DNA of 19,603 nt, taken from Candidatus Krumholzibacteriia bacterium. GTDB lineage: Bacteria > Krumholzibacteriota > Krumholzibacteriia > WVZY01. The notes beneath the pieces were generated by a model that had not been told where the DNA came from, did not search any database, and saw nothing but the letters and a program-made list of their open reading frames with translations. Both the position numbers and the translations under genes were made by a program. This document shows positions 15,837 to 19,603 of this stretch, in pieces. Positions within the stretch are counted from its first letter, which is position 1, and each line of letters starts with the position of its first letter. Location of the stretch: contig JAZGDW010000259.1 in the NCBI GenBank assembly GCA_036478295.1, forward strand, positions 1 to 19,603. Reading direction: 5' to 3'.

Positions 15837-17190
15837 CGCAAAGGCGGCGGGCGGTTGCGCCGCGCTGGTCCTTGCCTGCGTGCTGGCCGGGGGCTGCTCG
15901 CAGAAAGAGGAAATCCTTACTATCGCTTTTTCCAATGATATGACCGGGGAGATCCGCTCCTGCGGCTGTACGTCGAAGGATTTCGGCGGGCTGGGCCGAC
16001 GGGCGACGTTTCTTCGCAACGAGCGAAGGACGTCCAGCCAACTGGTCCTGTTCGAGGGTGGAGATTTTTTCGGCACCAAGGTCAACTACGGTGAAGAGAA
16101 AGCCGGTCTGACCCTGCGGTCCATGGCCTATATGAAGTACGACGGGATCGTCATCGGTGAGAAAGACCTCAGTCTCGGTGTCGACTACCTCGTCGAACAG
16201 GTCGTCGCGCTCAGGGTGCCTGTGGTGGTGGCGAACCTTTACGATGTGGAGGCCGACACCCTGATTTTTCAGCCCAACCGTGTCTTCACCCTGCCGGGCG
16301 GTCTCCGTGTGGGAGTCATCGGGGTGATGGGGGAGAGGCTCAAGCTGCCGCTGCCGCCGAACAGCCGTCGCGTGCGGGTGAAGTCCGCGCAAGCGGCCGT
16401 GGAGCGTGAGGTGGCCGCCATCAAGGACGACGTCCACCTCGTCGTCGTCCTGGCTCACATGTCTCTGGTGGGCTTGCGCAAACTGGGGGAGAACAACCCG
16501 GATATCGACCTGGTGGTCGGCGGCCACGACGCCAGGGCCATGCGCAGCCCGCGCCGTTTTGGAAATGCCTTCGTCGTGCAGACCGCCAACCGGGGACGTT
16601 ACATGGGAATCGCGCGCGCGACGGTGCAGCGCAACCAGGGCATCCTCGACCTGTCGGCGAATGTGGCGCCCCTTGGCATCGACTATCAGGACCACGAAGC
16701 TATCGTGAAGCTTTTTCAGAGCTACGACATGGAAATCGCCAGAAAGGAGCGGGTCCGGGTCCGGGCCTCGGTGCCGAGCGGCGAGCACATCAAGAACCGG
16801 TTCGCCAGCAGCGAAAATTGCCGTTCCTGTCATACCGACATCTACGACCATTGGGGAGACACGCGGCACGCCCACGCCTTCGCGACGCTCGAAGGGCAGA
16901 ACCGCCAGTACGACCGCGATTGCACGCCGTGTCATGTGACGGGCTTCTACCAGATCGGCGGTTTTCTCTCGGAGGAGGAGACACCCGAATTCACGAACGT
17001 CCAGTGTGAAGCTTGCCACGGCAACGCCGGCGCGCACGTGCGCAACCCGTCGCGCAAGACGGAGAGCCAGGCCCGGGTCGCGTGTAAGACCTGCCACACG
17101 GCCGAGCAAACACCGGATTTCGAGTTTGGGAAATACTGGGCACGGATCAAGCACCCCCCACCGGAGGATGCGCATAGCGGGTCCAAGTAG
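15802..17190 (+). CDS. Lipoprotein: UshA/5'-nucleotidase-like (metallophosphoesterase-fold) domain fused to a tetraheme cytochrome c (c554-like) domain
   Basis: Lipobox LAGG|C. SNDMTGEIRSCGC…GGLGRRAT, EGGDFF, VLAHM, DLVVGGHD. Four CxxCH motifs (CRSCH, CTPCH, CEACH, CKTCH) and a Y..W..T.HA.A c554 pattern. The start is ambiguous (15763/15766/15802/15811/15820). Confidence 0.88.
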   Translation: MATMRTMTTIRTAKAAGGCAALVLACVLAGGCSQKEEILTIAFSNDMTGEIRSCGCTSKDFGGLGRRATFLRNERRTSSQLVLFEGGDFFGTKVNYGEEKAGLTLRSMAYMKYDGIVIGEKDLSLGVDYLVEQVVALRVPVVVANLYDVEADTLIFQPNRVFTLPGGLRVGVIGVMGERLKLPLPPNSRRVRVKSAQAAVEREVAAIKDDVHLVVVLAHMSLVGLRKLGENNPDIDLVVGGHDARAMRSPRRFGNAFVVQTANRGRYMGIARATVQRNQGILDLSANVAPLGIDYQDHEAIVKLFQSYDMEIARKERVRVRASVPSGEHIKNRFASSENCRSCHTDIYDHWGDTRHAHAFATLEGQNRQYDRDCTPCHVTGFYQIGGFLSEEETPEFTNVQCEACHGNAGAHVRNPSRKTESQARVACKTCHTAEQTPDFEFGKYWARIKHPPPEDAHSGSK

Positions 17191-17246
17191 GGTTCGGGGC
17201 GTCGCCGGACGGCGCTTCGGGTAGCCGGGGAGGGCGCCGCGTGGGA

Positions 17247-17381
17247 GCACTCGGGGAATTGGCGCGGCGGGGGAACGGGCGCGCGGGCACCGGGCGAAAC
17301 GGGCGCGCGGGTGTTGGGGCACCCGAGGAATTGGCGCGGCGGGGGCGAAAGGGCGCGCGGGCAACCGGCGAAGCGGGCGCG
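17247..17381 (+). repeat. Imperfect tandem duplication (72-bp period), G-rich
   Basis: Unit 1 at 17247: GCACTCGGGGAATTGGCGCGGCGGGGG--AACGGGCGCGCGGGCACCGGGCGAAACGGGCGCG. Unit 2 at 17319: GCACCCGAGGAATTGGCGCGGCGGGGGCGAAAGGGCGCGCGGGCAACCGGCGAAGCGGGCGCG. Confidence 0.85.
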
Positions 17382-17424
17382 AAAGGCGTGCGATGCGTAC
17401 CATACCGCCGGGGCGATTTTTGCG

Positions 17425-17454
17425 TTGACAGGTACGACGCGGCAATGCTACATT
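17425..17454 (+). promoter_or_regulatory. sigma70-type promoter for the orphan lipoprotein gene
   Basis: TTGACA (17425-17430), 18 nt, TACATT (17449-17454) with extended -10 TGn. Confidence 0.65.
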
Positions 17455-17549
17455 TCGCACGACATTAGCAGCTTTTATTACCCCCACCGCCAATAATCCC
17501 TGATGGGAACCTTTTCCAGTTGTTGTGCATTTTCGCCGGGAGCGTACTC

Positions 17550-18323
17550 GTGATAACCAGAAAATTTAACTTGCATGCCTTGATTGCCGTTATGCTCGCG
17601 ACCTTCGTGTTCGCCTGCGGTGAAGAGGCAAACGTAGAGCTGTACAAGACCGTCACCCTGAGAGAGGTCACGCGGACCACGGTGGTCAGCAGGGGGTTCA
17701 GGTACAAGTTTGTGAACCCTGAGATCATCGCCCTGAATCGCAATTTGGGTCTCATCCGCGACGGGAACATTATCGAGTTCATCGCGGCGAGAAGTCTCGA
17801 GGACAAGATCAGGGGCAAGATGGGCGGGTACTTCGAACTCAACGTCGTCAAGAAGTTCTCGCCTTACATCTATTTCAAAGTGGATCAGATCAATACCGAA
17901 ACGGACACGATCATGACCAACCAGCGTGGCGCGATCGCCTATCCTCTTATCACTACCGAGGCCGAGTACGGCACCGACGCGTTCGAGGATCAGAGTATCA
18001 ACGTCTACCGGTACAACAGAACCGAGGCCCTGAACAAATTGAAGGAGAAGAAAGTCAAGCTGCAGGATGCCACCATCGTGGTGGAAACGGCCGAAGGCAG
18101 GCAACACTATTACCTCGACGGACCGAACGGCAGGCTCGAGGTGGATCAGATGAGCGACGGCGTCGGTCTGATTTTCAAGTTGCTCGCCGAAAAGGGTATG
18201 CCTTTCCGGGGTGGCATTACGCTGATCGAGCTGGAGGACTACGGCAAACGCATCAAGTCAAAGGTGATCGGCCTGGTGGAGATTAACTACGTGATGTTTG
18301 GTGACAAACTGATTGCCGGCTGA
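17550..18323 (+). CDS. Hypothetical lipoprotein (beta-rich)
   Basis: GTG 17550 with GGGAG SD. Signal MITRKFNLHALIAVMLATFVFA|C. Coding-like third-position bias. Has its own promoter and terminator. Confidence 0.8.
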   Translation: MITRKFNLHALIAVMLATFVFACGEEANVELYKTVTLREVTRTTVVSRGFRYKFVNPEIIALNRNLGLIRDGNIIEFIAARSLEDKIRGKMGGYFELNVVKKFSPYIYFKVDQINTETDTIMTNQRGAIAYPLITTEAEYGTDAFEDQSINVYRYNRTEALNKLKEKKVKLQDATIVVETAEGRQHYYLDGPNGRLEVDQMSDGVGLIFKLLAEKGMPFRGGITLIELEDYGKRIKSKVIGLVEINYVMFGDKLIAG

Positions 18324-18346
18324 GAACCACTTGCATACTGGCAAGG

Positions 18347-18378
18347 AAGGCGCACTGTCGAGTGCGCCTTTTTTGTTT
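18347..18378 (+). terminator. Rho-independent terminator
   Basis: AAGGCGCACT-GTCG-AGTGCGCCTT followed by TTTTGTTT. Confidence 0.88.
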
Positions 18379-18428
18379 GACCCCGCGAAGCCCCTTTGGG
18401 ATAGTCCTGGCGTGAGGTGACCGCCGCC

Positions 18429-19571
18429 ATGGAACAGCTGCCGACCTGGGTTGAAATTGATCTCGACGCACTCAGAAAAAACCTGCGCCTGGTTCGCGGT
18501 GAGTTGTCGGACGGCGTTCAGATTCAACTCACCGTCAAGGCGGATGCCTACGGTCACGGCGCGGCCCGCGTCGCGCGCACGGCGGAGACTCTCGTCGATC
18601 GTTTCGGCGTTGCCATGCTCGATGAGGCGCTGGAGCTCAAAGCGGCCGGTATCCGCAAGCCCATCCTTATTCTGAGCCCCGTTCTAACCAGTGAGATCGC
18701 CGGGGTGATCGACAACGGTTTTGAAATAACGGTGTCCTCGCCGGCATTTGCCGAAGAAGTGTCGCGGCACGCAGCGGGGAGTGGCAAGCAGGCAAACGTG
18801 CATGTCGAAGTCGACACGGGCATGGGGCGCACGGGTTTCTTTGCCGAGGATGCGGGCGCCGTGATCGAGAACGTCTCCAAACTTCCCGGGATCCGATTGA
18901 GCGGAGTGTTCACGCATTTTCCGGTGGCGGATTCGGATGCGACCTTTACGAACGCCCAGGTAAAGTCCTTCCGGCAGTTCGCAGCCGGTCTGCAGGGCCG
19001 CTTGTCCCGTGCGCCGCTGTTTCACAGCGCCAACAGTTGCGCGATTGTCACCCACCCCGAATCGCACCTCGACATGGTTCGACCCGGGCTCATGGTCTAC
19101 GGCCATCTCACCGGTGGGCTGGAAACCCGACTCGCCATCGAGCCGGTCATGCGGTGGCGGACAAGGATCGTACAGGTTCGAGAGCTGCCGCCGGGGACGC
19201 CGGTGAGCTACGGTGGCACTTGCAGGACATCGCGCGACACGCGCATGGCCGTCCTGCCGGTGGGATACGGGCACGGTTATCCGTTTCGCCTGTCGAACCG
19301 GGGGGAGGTCATTGTCGGCGGCCGACGGGTGCCGATCATGGGCCGCGTCACCATGGATATGACGATGGTGGATATCAGCGATGTTGAGCCCGCGCCGCGG
19401 GTGGGAGACGACGTCGTGCTATTCGGACGGCAGGGAAAGAACATTATTGCCGTCGATGAAGTGGCCACCTGGGCGGAAACTATTTCTTATGAAATCCTAT
19501 GCGGGGTCGGCAAGCGCGTGCCACGGATCTACCTCGAAGACGGCAAGCCGGAAACAGATCCCTCCCGTTAG
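18429..19571 (+). CDS. alr: Alanine racemase
   Basis: TWVEIDL, PLP-lysine motif VKADAYGHG, HVEVDTGMGRTG, FTHF, HSANS, DMVRPG, VSYG (catalytic Tyr), GRVTMD, TISYEI…RVPRIY. ATG 18429 with GAGGTG SD. Confidence 0.97.
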   Translation: MEQLPTWVEIDLDALRKNLRLVRGELSDGVQIQLTVKADAYGHGAARVARTAETLVDRFGVAMLDEALELKAAGIRKPILILSPVLTSEIAGVIDNGFEITVSSPAFAEEVSRHAAGSGKQANVHVEVDTGMGRTGFFAEDAGAVIENVSKLPGIRLSGVFTHFPVADSDATFTNAQVKSFRQFAAGLQGRLSRAPLFHSANSCAIVTHPESHLDMVRPGLMVYGHLTGGLETRLAIEPVMRWRTRIVQVRELPPGTPVSYGGTCRTSRDTRMAVLPVGYGHGYPFRLSNRGEVIVGGRRVPIMGRVTMDMTMVDISDVEPAPRVGDDVVLFGRQGKNIIAVDEVATWAETISYEILCGVGKRVPRIYLEDGKPETDPSR

Positions 19572-19603
19572 ACACAAACTGCGAGAGTGACAGTATGCTG
19601 TCG

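Noticed and set aside
15961..15969. Selenocysteine recoding in the UshA-like CxU position
   Set aside because: The codons are TGC-GGC-TGT with no in-frame TGA, so this is the Cys form.
17247..17381. Possible CRISPR array
   Set aside because: Only two degenerate units, no unique spacers and no cas genes.
15556..17493. 645-aa - strand ORF with Pro/Arg repeats
   Set aside because: It is antisense to the multiheme gene. Its repeats are just the translation of the G-rich tandem duplication.
19595..19603. Possible ATG of the next gene after alr
   Set aside because: Only three codons are in the window, so it cannot be supported.

Overview
GC-rich bacterial chromosomal segment with no rRNA, tRNA, CRISPR array or mobile element that I can recognise. 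Three secreted proteins carry FlgD-Ig/T9SS-type C-terminal domains, and there are lipoproteins and a beta-barrel. From this I infer a diderm FCB-superphylum candidate lineage (Krumholzibacteriota/Latescibacterota/Eisenbacteria-like). Order: partial CTD protein (+); YkgJ-type Cys-cluster protein (-); M6/InhA-family metalloprotease with CTD (+), preceded by a strong sigma70 promoter and a ~190-nt structured, switch-like 5' leader; acyl-CoA dehydrogenase-etfB-etfA (+); a minus-strand module of sensor kinase, sigma54 activator, sigma54 promoter and three overlapping uncharacterised envelope genes (5x helical-repeat secreted protein, lipoprotein with one copy of the repeat, OM beta-barrel); a large CTD-bearing secreted protein (-); a lipoprotein fusing a degenerate UshA-like domain with CGC motif to a tetraheme c554-like domain (+); a G-rich 72-bp tandem duplication; an orphan lipoprotein (+); and alanine racemase (+). 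The best candidates for undescribed biology are the sigma54-controlled envelope operon, the M6 leader RNA and the UshA-like/multiheme fusion.
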